Shown here: piece by piece, positions 37,101 through 46,265 of the stretch | Layout: the number at the start of each line of letters is the position of its first letter | Numbering within the stretch: the stretch's first letter is position 1 | Assembly (NCBI GenBank): GCA_903906135.1 | Contig: CAIVJE010000114.1 | Span: 78-64,077, forward strand | Origin: an uncultured Verrucomicrobiota bacterium | GTDB taxonomy: Bacteria; Verrucomicrobiota; Verrucomicrobiia; Opitutales; Opitutaceae | Direction: 5' to 3' | DNA length: 64,000 bases | The notes under the pieces: model-generated | What the model was told of the DNA's origin: nothing | Database searches by the model: none | The model's input: the letters and a program-made list of their open reading frames with translations, nothing else | Position numbers and translations under genes: made by a program

Positions 37101-37906
37101 CGCCTAAACGCCGTAAGAAGAAAGAGAATAAGGGCGAGGCCACGGAAGCTGATTTAGCTGCGTTTGATCAACACAACTGGGAGGAGGTCAAGGCGGAGGT
37201 TGACGCGCTACGCCAACGGATAGGGAGCATGGGTGCAGTTAATTTGGTGGCGATTGAGGAATATGCTGAGCTCAAGCAGCGTTATGAATTTCTCAAAACT
37301 CAGAGTGATGACTTAGCGAGCGCTAAGGCTCAGCTGTTGAAGGCCATTGACGACATTAACCAGACGTCGCTGGAGCAATTTAAGGTCACCTTTGATCAAA
37401 TCCGGAAAAATTTCGCACATACTTTTCAGATTTTGTTCGGCGGTGGGCGCGCGGAGATTGAATTGGTGACGGCGGAAGATCCGCTGGAAAGCGGTATTGA
37501 AATTGTCGCGCAGCCCCCCGGCACTAAGCTCAAGGGCATCACGCTGCTATCGGGCGGCCAAAAGACGCTGACGGCAGTGGCTCTCCTGTTCGCGCTCTAC
37601 ATGGTGAAGCCTTCACCTTTCTGTTTACTCGACGAGTTAGATGCGCCGCTCGACGAATCAAATATTCACCGATTCACGAATTTGCTGAAGCAGTTCGTGA
37701 AAGAGTCGCAATTTATCATTATCACCCACAACAAGAGCACCATTGCGGCAGCCGATGCGATCTACGGGGTGACAATGCAAGAGCGGGGCGTATCGAGGAC
37801 GCTTTCAATGAAATTTGACCAATCGAGGGGCGACGCTGAGGTCTTGCCGGTGACCATCGCTGACGCCGTGCGGAGTGCCGCGCCCAGTGCGCCGGTGCAG
37901 TCTTAA
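34109..37906 (+). CDS. smc: chromosome segregation protein SMC
   Basis: 1265-aa ORF. It has [40 protein letters not shown], long coiled coils and a hinge. The C-terminal head carries [17 protein letters not shown] and [11 protein letters not shown]. Confidence 0.95.
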   Translation: [1265 protein letters not shown]

Positions 37907-37916
37907 GTGCTGTGAC

Positions 37917-37937
37917 GGGGCACCCATAGGGTGCCCC
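37917..37937. terminator. perfect hairpin between the convergent smc and pilB-like genes
   Basis: GGGGCACCC-ata-GGGTGCCCC forms a 9-bp GC-rich stem. There is no clear T-tract on either side. Confidence 0.45.
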
Positions 37938-37945
37938 AGCTCATG

Positions 37946-40138
37946 TTAGGTAATTAAATCGGGGGGCACGTTGCTGAGGGCATCTTCCATGGTGGTGAGC
38001 CCCATTTTGACTTTCAGCATCGAATCTTGGTGAAGCGTCTTCATGCCATGTTTCATGCAGACACGTTTGAGATCGGCGACCTCGACTTCCTTGTTAATGG
38101 CTTCGACGATGGCCTCGCAGTTAACCATGAGTTCGTGAATGCCGACGCGGCCCTTGTAACCGTTACCGCCACAAATATGGCAGCCTCCCGGAGCCGCTTT
38201 ATAAATCTCAAAGGGACCCGCTTCGTCGAGTGCTTTGGTGAGCAGGGTGAGTTCGCGACCTTCTGGAACATACTTAACTTTACAATTTTTGCAGACACGG
38301 CGGAGCAGGCGCTGGGCGCAAACGGCGACCAGGGCAGCTGAGATGTTAAAGGGTTCGATGCCCATTTCGCCCATCCGTGCAACCGTCGAAGGCGCATCAT
38401 TGGTGTGCAGGGTGGAGACGAGTAAGTGACCGGTCAGCGCAGCTTCGCAGGCGATCTGCGCGGTTTCTTTATCGCGAATTTCACCGACCAAGATGATGTC
38501 AGGATCCATCCGAAGGTAACAACGCAGCGCGCGCTCAAAGGTTAAGCCGATCTGGCGGTTCATCTGCATCTGATTGATGCCCGCGAGGGTGTACTCGATG
38601 GGATCTTCGGCGGTCTGGATGTTTACATCGGGCGTATTTACTTCGCCGAGCGCCGAATAAAGGGTCATGGATTTACCCGAACCGGTCGGGCCGCAGTGTA
38701 AAATCATGCCGTAAGGCTGCCGGACGCACTCGCGATACTTGGCCAGATTTTCCTCCGAAAACCCGAGGGCGGTGAGCGGCAAAGTAGATTTTTGCTTATC
38801 CAGAATACGCATGACCACTTTCTCGCCGTGATTCATGGGGCCAGTCGCGACGCGTAGATCGATATCGATATTTTTTTTCGTAAATTTTTTGAAAATAATG
38901 CGGCCGTCCTGGGGGAGGCGGCGCTCCGAAATATCCAAATTACACATGATCTTCAAGCGCGCGACCATCGCAAAGGAGACCTGTTTCGGCAGGCGCATTT
39001 TCTCAATACACATGCCGTCAATGCGGTACCGGACCAACAAATCCTTCTCCATTGGTTCAACGTGAATATCTGACGCGCCGGAGACGTAAGCATCCTCGAT
39101 GATGCGGTTAGTGAGTTGAATGATGGGGGCGGAATCCTCGCTTTCGAGGTCCGCGGCCTTGATCTCACCAGTGCCGCCTTCGGTGTAAGCGCCGGCGATC
39201 AGATCCTTGACCTCATCGATATCTACTTCCGTGGCATCAGATTTTTTTGAGGCCGTGGAGTCTTTAAAATATTTCTTGAGCAGGACGTCGAGTAAGCTGG
39301 CCGGTATGACGCTGACTTCATCGATACTGAGCTCGGTTGCCATCGAGAACGCCTCCCGCTTGGCGTAGTCCAGCGGGTTGGTCATTAAGACTGAACAGGA
39401 GTTGGTTCCTGTTTTCTTGTAGGGGAAAATGCTCTCGCGCCGGATGATGGCATCACCAGTAATTTCGACGAGTTTCGCATCGATTTCGACCTCGTCTGGT
39501 TTGGTCACCAAGGGTAGTTCCGTGAACTTGGCGATAAATTTTGCCATGTCCTCGGGGGTCAGTTGGAACTTCGGATCCAACATACGCTGGATGAGAGTCG
39601 AGGAGTATTCCGCCACCTCGCTAAGCACGGCGAGGTCTTTGTCTGTGAATTGGCCATCAGTGCCGGCGGCCGGCTCCTTATTGAGGACTTGGATGGCGCC
39701 GATGATGATGTTCGTCTTGAGCGGGACCGTGAGCATCGAGTTGACCTCGAAGTCGACGTTCAAGTTTTTCAGACTCACGTCAGCAGATCCCTTGCTATTA
39801 AAAAATAGCGGTTTGCCCGTCGTGATAACCTTGCCGACGTTGCCAGTGCCCGCCGGTAATTTAAGGGTGAGTAGCTTTTTAGCCGTATCCCGGAACTGCA
39901 CTTCCTGGCCCGTATCACTACCCCAGAGGGTGGGCGAATAGTACACATGCTTGAAGGCGATTTCACCATTCTCGACGAGATAGAGCGTCATGGACTGCGC
40001 TTGGAGGGACTCCACTACCTTGCTCGCGGTGAGCTCGATGACCGTGTTAACGTCCTCGCGGCTAGGGGCCGGTTTGGAAATAACCTTGATGAGAAGAGAC
40101 CGCCGGAGCGTGCCGGTGAGAATGCTAGCGGTTGACAT
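37946..40138 (-). CDS. GspE/PilB-family secretion ATPase with an N-terminal GAF-like sensory domain
   Basis: 730-aa ORF. The C-terminal half has Walker [11 protein letters not shown], Asp/His boxes and a tetracysteine motif (CKNCK...[12 protein letters not shown]). The middle region is a T2SSE_N-like domain. The first 200 aa or so look GAF-like ([19 protein letters not shown]...GAIQVLNK). Confidence 0.85.
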   Translation of the reverse strand: MSTASILTGTLRRSLLIKVISKPAPSREDVNTVIELTASKVVESLQAQSMTLYLVENGEIAFKHVYYSPTLWGSDTGQEVQFRDTAKKLLTLKLPAGTGNVGKVITTGKPLFFNSKGSADVSLKNLNVDFEVNSMLTVPLKTNIIIGAIQVLNKEPAAGTDGQFTDKDLAVLSEVAEYSSTLIQRMLDPKFQLTPEDMAKFIAKFTELPLVTKPDEVEIDAKLVEITGDAIIRRESIFPYKKTGTNSCSVLMTNPLDYAKREAFSMATELSIDEVSVIPASLLDVLLKKYFKDSTASKKSDATEVDIDEVKDLIAGAYTEGGTGEIKAADLESEDSAPIIQLTNRIIEDAYVSGASDIHVEPMEKDLLVRYRIDGMCIEKMRLPKQVSFAMVARLKIMCNLDISERRLPQDGRIIFKKFTKKNIDIDLRVATGPMNHGEKVVMRILDKQKSTLPLTALGFSEENLAKYRECVRQPYGMILHCGPTGSGKSMTLYSALGEVNTPDVNIQTAEDPIEYTLAGINQMQMNRQIGLTFERALRCYLRMDPDIILVGEIRDKETAQIACEAALTGHLLVSTLHTNDAPSTVARMGEMGIEPFNISAALVAVCAQRLLRRVCKNCKVKYVPEGRELTLLTKALDEAGPFEIYKAAPGGCHICGGNGYKGRVGIHELMVNCEAIVEAINKEVEVADLKRVCMKHGMKTLHQDSMLKVKMGLTTMEDALSNVPPDLIT

Positions 40139-40250
40139 GAGTGGTGGAGGGCGAACTGGGAAAAAGTAGGGCTGATAAATATTCGCTGCCCATTAAAAAC
40201 GCTCTTGCTTGTATGAGCGTTTTTTTGCGTGGTCGAGGGAGAATTTACCG

Positions 40251-40730
40251 ATGCTACACTGGCTCAAAGAAAAATGGGAAAAATTGAAGCGGCCCAAAAC
40301 GCTCACCACGCGGGCGGTGGCGGGGGCCCGGGGCGAGCACGCGGCGGCAGATTTTTTAAAAAGCCGGCACGGTTTTGCGGTGTTGGTCCAAAATTGGCGG
40401 AACCCGCGTGATTTGCGTGATGAAATTGATCTGGTTTGTCGTGACGGGGAGGTGCTGGTGTTCGTCGAGGTAAAAGCCCGGGCGGTCGGAGCGCTCGTTA
40501 CGGGTTATTATGCGGTGGATGAGCGCAAGAAACGTGCGCTGCGGCGCTCGGTGCACGCTTATCTTGCGGCGCTCTCGACGCCGCCACGGACTTTTCGCTT
40601 CGATGTGGTGGAGGTCACTCTTAGTGGCCGTTTACCTCCGCAGGTGATGCACTACGCTAATGCCCCTCTTTTTCCGGCTGGTTATCATGTTGCCCGGCAG
40701 AGCAGTTCGTTGGGCGAAGGCGCGCTTTAG
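40251..40730 (+). CDS. yraN: YraN-family (UPF0102) endonuclease-like protein
   Basis: GEHAAADFLKSRHGFAVLVQNWRNP..DEIDLVCRDGEVLVFVEVKAR matches the YraN core. ATG 40251 is preferred over TTG 40209. Confidence 0.8.
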   Translation: MLHWLKEKWEKLKRPKTLTTRAVAGARGEHAAADFLKSRHGFAVLVQNWRNPRDLRDEIDLVCRDGEVLVFVEVKARAVGALVTGYYAVDERKKRALRRSVHAYLAALSTPPRTFRFDVVEVTLSGRLPPQVMHYANAPLFPAGYHVARQSSSLGEGAL

Positions 40731-40805
40731 GCAGGCTGTCATACTGGGGTTGCGCCGCGGGAAAAACCTTGCGGGTAACTCGCATCAGAATGACCTTGCG
40801 GACGC

Positions 40806-42347
40806 ATGGCGGAAGAATCACGGCATCCTTTTTTGCATGGTCTCAGTAAGCACCGCGGCTCGCCGCCTACCGTTATAGTTATTTTTGGGGCATCGGGGGA
40901 TTTAACTGCGCGAAAATTAATTCCGGCTATTTACAATCTTGCCCATGATGGGCTGTTGCCGGCGGACTTTTATTTGATCGGGATTGGGCGAAAGCCGATT
41001 TCCGATGAGGAATTTCAGCAGATCGCGGTTGAGGCGATTAAGGAGTTTTCGCGCCGTGAGTTGAACGCTGAAGTTTGGGCCCGCCTCGCGCAACGCACGT
41101 TCTATCTGAGCGGCGGCTATGATGAACCAGCCGCCTATGATCGGCTGGCGCAGCGCATTGTGGCGCTGGAACATGAGGTCGGTCAGCCCCTGCAGTCCTT
41201 GTTCTATATCTCCACGCCGCCATCAGTTTTTTCGCCAATCTTAAAAAACCTAGGAGCGAGTGGGTTGGCGGCGCGCTACGCGCAGCGAGCGCAGCAGACG
41301 AAGGTGATCATTGAGAAACCTTTTGGCCGTGATCTCACCAGTGCGCAGGCGCTCAATCAGGAGCTGACGACGGTATTCACCGAGGCCCAGGTCTTCCGGA
41401 TCGACCATTACCTCGGAAAGGAAACCGTGCAGGATCTGCTCGTGCAGCGCTTCGCGAATTCGATTTTTGAGCCGCTCTGGAATCACCATTATATTGAATC
41501 AGTGCAGATCACCGTCGCCGAAGAGGTGGGGGTCGGTTCCCGTGCTGGCTATTATGAGCAGAGCGGATGTTTGCGCGATATGATCCAGAATCACACCCTG
41601 CAACTCCTCGCTTTGATGGCGATGGAGCCTCCGGTCTCTTTTGATCCCGAATCGATTCGCGACGAAAAAGTAAAATTGCTCGCGGCCATTCAGCCGCTGC
41701 AACTCGGCGGCGACGCCCCAGACGTAGCCCGCGCTCAATATGCGGCGGGCATGATTGCCGGCGAGGCCGTGCCGGGCTATCTTGCCGAGCCAGCCGTTCA
41801 GGCTAACTCGGCCACCGAAACTTACGCGGCCCTGCGGTTAAGTATTAATAACGCTCGCTGGCAGGGCGTGCCATTTTATTTACGCTCAGGCAAGCGATTG
41901 GCTCGGCGAGTTAGCGAAATCTCTATTCGTTTCAAACGCGCCCCAGGAAATATTTTCGCCGAGTCGGAGCGCTTCCACCTCGCGCCCAACACCCTCTCTT
42001 TTCAAATTCAACCGGATGAGGGATTAAGTCTCATCCTAAATGCTAAGGTCCCGGGTTTGGAGACCCGGACGCAGCCGGTGAAGATGAATTTTCGCTACGC
42101 CACTACTTTTGGCTCCAACACCCCGGAGGCTTATGAACGCCTCGTGCTCGATGCTATGATTGGTGATGGGACCCTCTTCATCCGGGGTGATGAAACTGAA
42201 CGCTCGTGGCAATTGATTGCTCCGCTGCTCGATTATTGGGCGAAGCAGGGCCGCGCAGGACTCGAGACTTATCCGGCCGGATCATGGGGCCCAGCGAACG
42301 CCGCCGCCTTGCTGAAGGCTAACGGCCATACCTGGAGAGAGCCGTGA
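40806..42347 (+). CDS. zwf: glucose-6-phosphate 1-dehydrogenase
   Basis: 513-aa ORF with FGASGDLTARKL, RIDHYLGKE and EKPFG motifs. Confidence 0.95.
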   Translation: MAEESRHPFLHGLSKHRGSPPTVIVIFGASGDLTARKLIPAIYNLAHDGLLPADFYLIGIGRKPISDEEFQQIAVEAIKEFSRRELNAEVWARLAQRTFYLSGGYDEPAAYDRLAQRIVALEHEVGQPLQSLFYISTPPSVFSPILKNLGASGLAARYAQRAQQTKVIIEKPFGRDLTSAQALNQELTTVFTEAQVFRIDHYLGKETVQDLLVQRFANSIFEPLWNHHYIESVQITVAEEVGVGSRAGYYEQSGCLRDMIQNHTLQLLALMAMEPPVSFDPESIRDEKVKLLAAIQPLQLGGDAPDVARAQYAAGMIAGEAVPGYLAEPAVQANSATETYAALRLSINNARWQGVPFYLRSGKRLARRVSEISIRFKRAPGNIFAESERFHLAPNTLSFQIQPDEGLSLILNAKVPGLETRTQPVKMNFRYATTFGSNTPEAYERLVLDAMIGDGTLFIRGDETERSWQLIAPLLDYWAKQGRAGLETYPAGSWGPANAAALLKANGHTWREP

Positions 42348-42396
42348 GCGCAGGGAAGCATGCAACCTCTTCGCTAAGTAAGTCGGCTTTGCTCGA

Positions 42397-42425
42397 GGCG
42401 GCCCTACGGCCACCGGATTTTTTTT
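42397..42425 (+). terminator. terminator-like hairpin plus T8 between zwf and opcA
   Basis: GGCGGCC-ctac-GGCCACC forms a 7-bp stem with one C:A mismatch, followed by GGA and then TTTTTTTT (42418-42425). Confidence 0.4.
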
Positions 42426-42464
42426 GTTCCCTCAACCTCGCTCCTCCTTATTTTATATCTGACC

Positions 42465-43430
42465 ATGCCTGCCTGCTTTAATGCCTTGCCGGGGATGGAG
42501 GTTCCCGTTGGGGCCATCGCGCGGGGGTTTGATCAGCTCTGGGCTGAGCCTAATGTCAGTGCGCAAAAGGCGCTGCAGCTCAATCTGGTGCTGCATTTGG
42601 GCATCGCCACTAAGCCCACTGATGCCGTTGAGCAGTTCGCCGTCGCCCAACGATTGGCGCAGCGTTATCCGTGTCGGGTTGTCGTGTTATGTCCGATTGA
42701 ATCGGCCGAAAGTCCGCTCAAGATTAGGGCTAAAATTTACGGCGAATGTTTTTTTGGAAAATCCAAAGACGATACGCGCTGCGTCGAATTTGTCGCCCTG
42801 AGTTACCCGCCTGCCGCCAAAGCTTATTTGCAGGATCAAGTGTCCGTGTGTCTCTCGACTGACCTGCCCCTTTATTATTGGGCTCATCGATTTACTTCCA
42901 GCAAACGGATGAGTGATTACCAATATTTACTCACGCGGGCGCAGCGGGTGATGTTCGACAGCGCCATCGTTTCGCCCGACGCGCTGAGCTTTGCCTGGCC
43001 AAATATTTCGGCCGTCCGTGACCTCGCCTACACCCGTACGCTGGCGCTGCGCCAGAATCTCGGGCAATATCTTAGCCGATACGCCCCAGAACTGATAATC
43101 ACAGGATTGCGACAAGTCACCATTCGGCATCGGGGGTCGCTTTCCGCCGAGGCCAATTGTTTGCTGAATTGGGTTAAGAAAGGGCTCGGGCGTTCTGGGG
43201 CGAGTGAAAATGCTGAGCTTATTTTCACCGTGCAGCCGTTAGCGAGTGCCGGTGGTCTTTCCCTCGAGTTTAGGTATGCCACTTCCGATAAAATGTTCCG
43301 CTGGACGGCTGATTTGGATAAAAACTGGGCTGAATTCACGAGTGATCTTGGCACAGGTAGATCCACCCAGATCGTCGGCGCGCACTTGTTATCCCCCGAG
43401 TTGGCACTGAGTGAAGCCATGTTTTGCTAA
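42465..43430 (+). CDS. opcA: OpcA-like glucose-6-phosphate dehydrogenase assembly protein
   Basis: 321-aa ORF directly after zwf. The segment LQLNLVLHLG...QRYPCRVVVLCP resembles the conserved RTLNLVV...PCRVIVL region of OpcA proteins. The assignment rests on context and remembered motifs. Confidence 0.6.
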   Translation: MPACFNALPGMEVPVGAIARGFDQLWAEPNVSAQKALQLNLVLHLGIATKPTDAVEQFAVAQRLAQRYPCRVVVLCPIESAESPLKIRAKIYGECFFGKSKDDTRCVEFVALSYPPAAKAYLQDQVSVCLSTDLPLYYWAHRFTSSKRMSDYQYLLTRAQRVMFDSAIVSPDALSFAWPNISAVRDLAYTRTLALRQNLGQYLSRYAPELIITGLRQVTIRHRGSLSAEANCLLNWVKKGLGRSGASENAELIFTVQPLASAGGLSLEFRYATSDKMFRWTADLDKNWAEFTSDLGTGRSTQIVGAHLLSPELALSEAMFC

Positions 43431-43437
43431 TCGGTGC

Positions 43438-44868
43438 TTACCGCCCGTCCGGTGCGATGAGGGTGATCGCCTTCTGGCCAGCCGCAAAGGCGGCGGCATT
43501 CACCGGCTGCCACGTTGGCCGATCTTTCAAGAGATGGCGCATGGTCTCAAGAATCGCTAGGGGTGGAAGCAATTCGGTCACGGCCTGCAGAGCTCCGAGC
43601 GCTACCATATTTTTCACTAAGGGGCTCCCGAGTTCACGCGCGAGTTGGGTGAAGGGCACGGCGAAGATCCGGCGATTAGCTGGCAGATCCCGGGGTGCGG
43701 GTATAACAGTGCAATCGTATAAAATAATTCCGCCGGTGACTACCGTGGGCGCAAATTTAGCGAGGCTCGGGCTGTTGAAGGCGATGAGTATATCTGGTTC
43801 AGGTGCGGCGGGATTTAAGACTTCATCCGCGGCAAGGTGGACATCCGCATAGGAAGTCCCGCCGCGGCTTTCCGGTCCGTAGCTGGGGATATTCGTGGCA
43901 TCGAAGCCCTGTTCAATCGCCGCACGAGTTAAGAGGAGTGCGGCGGTTTGCGCGCCATCACCACCGGCTCCTGCAAATTTAAAACTTAAGTCGCGCGCGG
44001 TGAGCTGTGCTGGCCATGGGCACGGGGGCGGCGCTGACCGAGTTCGTTCCGCGCCGCACAGACCAAGAATTTCCTCCGGAATGTAGCGCGGCGGAGCTGG
44101 GTGGAACCATGGTTCGCCAGTTTTGTTTTTTTTAACACCGAGCGGGTAGATGGGCTCCATTTTTTCTTTTACCCATTTTTCTGATTCAGTAGGTGATAAT
44201 TTCAGGTGGGTCGGACATTCGCTCAGGATTTCGATGAAGGCATAGCCGCGGCCTTCCTGTTGTAAGGTGAGCGCATGCTTAATGGCCTGGCGGGCAATCC
44301 GCCGTTGGCGGGCATCGTAGAGAGCGACGCGTTCCACGTAGACGGGTCCATCTAGCGTGGCAATGAGCTCGGCCATTTTGAGCGGTTGGCCCATCGCGAG
44401 GGTGCGACCTTCAGGACTGGTTGTCGTCTTCTGACCCATCAGTGTGGTTGGCGCGAGCTGGCCACCGGTCATACCGTAGATGGCGTTATTGATGAAAATC
44501 ACGGTGATCGGTAGTCCCATTTGAGCGAGCGAGAGCGTTTCCGCCAAGCCGATCGAGGCGAGATCCCCGTCGCCTTGGTAGCAAATGACGACTGCGTTTG
44601 GGTGGGCTAGTTTGTGGCCGAGCGCGACCGCGGGCGCCCGGCCATGAGCCGCCTGAGTGTTGCCGACATTGAAATAATAATGCGCAAACACCGCGCAGCC
44701 CACTGGGCTCACCAAAATCACCCGATCTTGTAGAGCGAGTTCATCGATCACGGCGGCGAGATCGCGATGAGCCACGCCGTGACCGCAACCTGCACAGTAG
44801 TGTGTAGTGTGACCTTTGAGTCCTTCGCCATGAGCGTGGCGGGAAAAATTATTATAAAATACACTCAT
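43438..44868 (-). CDS. 2-oxoacid:ferredoxin oxidoreductase, fused beta (TPP-binding) and gamma subunits
   Basis: ATG 44868 (MSVFYNNF...) overlaps the upstream gene's stop as ATGA. The beta motifs are YCAGCGHG and GDGDLASIG. The C-terminal roughly 190 aa are gamma-like (FAGAGGDGAQTAALLL...YGPESRGGTSYADVHL). Confidence 0.88.
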   Translation of the reverse strand: MSVFYNNFSRHAHGEGLKGHTTHYCAGCGHGVAHRDLAAVIDELALQDRVILVSPVGCAVFAHYYFNVGNTQAAHGRAPAVALGHKLAHPNAVVICYQGDGDLASIGLAETLSLAQMGLPITVIFINNAIYGMTGGQLAPTTLMGQKTTTSPEGRTLAMGQPLKMAELIATLDGPVYVERVALYDARQRRIARQAIKHALTLQQEGRGYAFIEILSECPTHLKLSPTESEKWVKEKMEPIYPLGVKKNKTGEPWFHPAPPRYIPEEILGLCGAERTRSAPPPCPWPAQLTARDLSFKFAGAGGDGAQTAALLLTRAAIEQGFDATNIPSYGPESRGGTSYADVHLAADEVLNPAAPEPDILIAFNSPSLAKFAPTVVTGGIILYDCTVIPAPRDLPANRRIFAVPFTQLARELGSPLVKNMVALGALQAVTELLPPLAILETMRHLLKDRPTWQPVNAAAFAAGQKAITLIAPDGR

Positions 44869-46265
44869 ACTGGCCCCCCGGTGTTTTCGCGGATGCAATC
44901 GAGGATTTCCTCTTGGCTGGGGAGGACGCCGCCGTAATGGCGCACGTGAGTAATCGGCGGAGGACTGATCCCCGCATGGCTGAGCGCAAGCCGGAGTTCA
45001 TCTTCTAATTGACCAGGACTACCCTCAACGATGATCAACTGATCGATGTGTGGCAGCAGCGTCGTGAGCGCCGCAATTGGGAAGGGCCACAAGGTGATCG
45101 GGCGAAAGAGGCCGGCCTTATAGCCCAAAGCGCGGGCATCCTCAATCGCTCCTTTCGCCATCCGCGCCGGAGTGTTGCAAGCGACCACGAGCTGACGTGC
45201 ATCCGCGCAACGATAGCAATCCGCCCGTTGTTCATGCGCAGAAATGTAAGCGTATTTATCGTTGAGCTTACGATTGTGGGCTTCGAGGTCATCTTCTGAG
45301 AGTTCGATGGAGCAAATGAGATTATGGCGGTGAGCACGATCGCCGGAAACTGCCCACGCAGGCAGACCCACTCGTTTCATTTCGGCAGGGAGTTTGACGA
45401 TCCCCGTCATTTGACCGAGATAACCGTCACCGAGAACCACGACGGGATTGCGGTAAAGAAAACTTAGCTCGAAAGCCTGACGGGTGAGCTCGAGCATTTC
45501 TTGGGGGGTACTCGGCGCGAGCACGAGCGCATGCGTGTTGCCATGACCCAGGCCCCGACAGGCTAATTTGATATCGGCCTGTTCGGGGCCGAGATTTCCG
45601 AGACCGGGACCCCCGCGCATGAGGTTGACAAATACGCCCGGCACTTCGGCTCCAATCATGTAGCTAATGCCTTCGAGCATCAGGCTGAAGCCCGGTCCGC
45701 TGGTAAAAGTGATGCAAGGGACGCCGGCCCCCCCAGCGCCATACATCATATTGACCGCGGCGGTTTCACTAACGGCTTGAATAAAATGCCCACCAATTTT
45801 CGGGAGAATTTTTGCCATCAGCTCAGAAGCTTCTGTGCTCGGGGTTATGGGATAGCCGAAAACATGACGACACCCCGCCAAGAGCGCGCCGATCGCCGAA
45901 GCGTAAGAACCCTTAAGCACGAGTGGTTCGCACGGGGGGAGGGGAATCGTTTCGTCGGGTTCATCACCTTCAGAATAGTTTGGGACAATTTTAGGCCCAA
46001 AAAGAGCGGCGGGATCTTCCAGTTCAAAGTCTAGCACACTCGCAAATGATTCAGTTGTGGGGCGCAAGCCGAACGGCTCAGGACAAGCGGCCATGCAAAG
46101 ACCGCAGCCATTACAATTTTCAAGGTGAAGTTCGACTGGTATCAAACCGGTTTCGGGATTGATGACGGTTCCCGGGGTGATGCAGGCACGCGGACAAGCT
46201 TCAATGCAGCGCAGGCAGCTCTTACAATATTCTGGCTCGAGGAATGGACGGGGGCGCGGCGACAT
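44865..46265 (-). CDS. 2-oxoacid:ferredoxin oxidoreductase, fused delta (2x[4Fe-4S] ferredoxin) and alpha subunits
   Basis: The N-terminus has CKSCLRCIEACP and CNGCGLCMAACP clusters. An alpha-subunit core follows (GYPITPSTE, SETAAVNMMYGAGGAG). ATG 46265 is preferred over 46301. Confidence 0.88.
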   Translation of the reverse strand: MSPRPRPFLEPEYCKSCLRCIEACPRACITPGTVINPETGLIPVELHLENCNGCGLCMAACPEPFGLRPTTESFASVLDFELEDPAALFGPKIVPNYSEGDEPDETIPLPPCEPLVLKGSYASAIGALLAGCRHVFGYPITPSTEASELMAKILPKIGGHFIQAVSETAAVNMMYGAGGAGVPCITFTSGPGFSLMLEGISYMIGAEVPGVFVNLMRGGPGLGNLGPEQADIKLACRGLGHGNTHALVLAPSTPQEMLELTRQAFELSFLYRNPVVVLGDGYLGQMTGIVKLPAEMKRVGLPAWAVSGDRAHRHNLICSIELSEDDLEAHNRKLNDKYAYISAHEQRADCYRCADARQLVVACNTPARMAKGAIEDARALGYKAGLFRPITLWPFPIAALTTLLPHIDQLIIVEGSPGQLEDELRLALSHAGISPPPITHVRHYGGVLPSQEEILDCIRENTGGPV

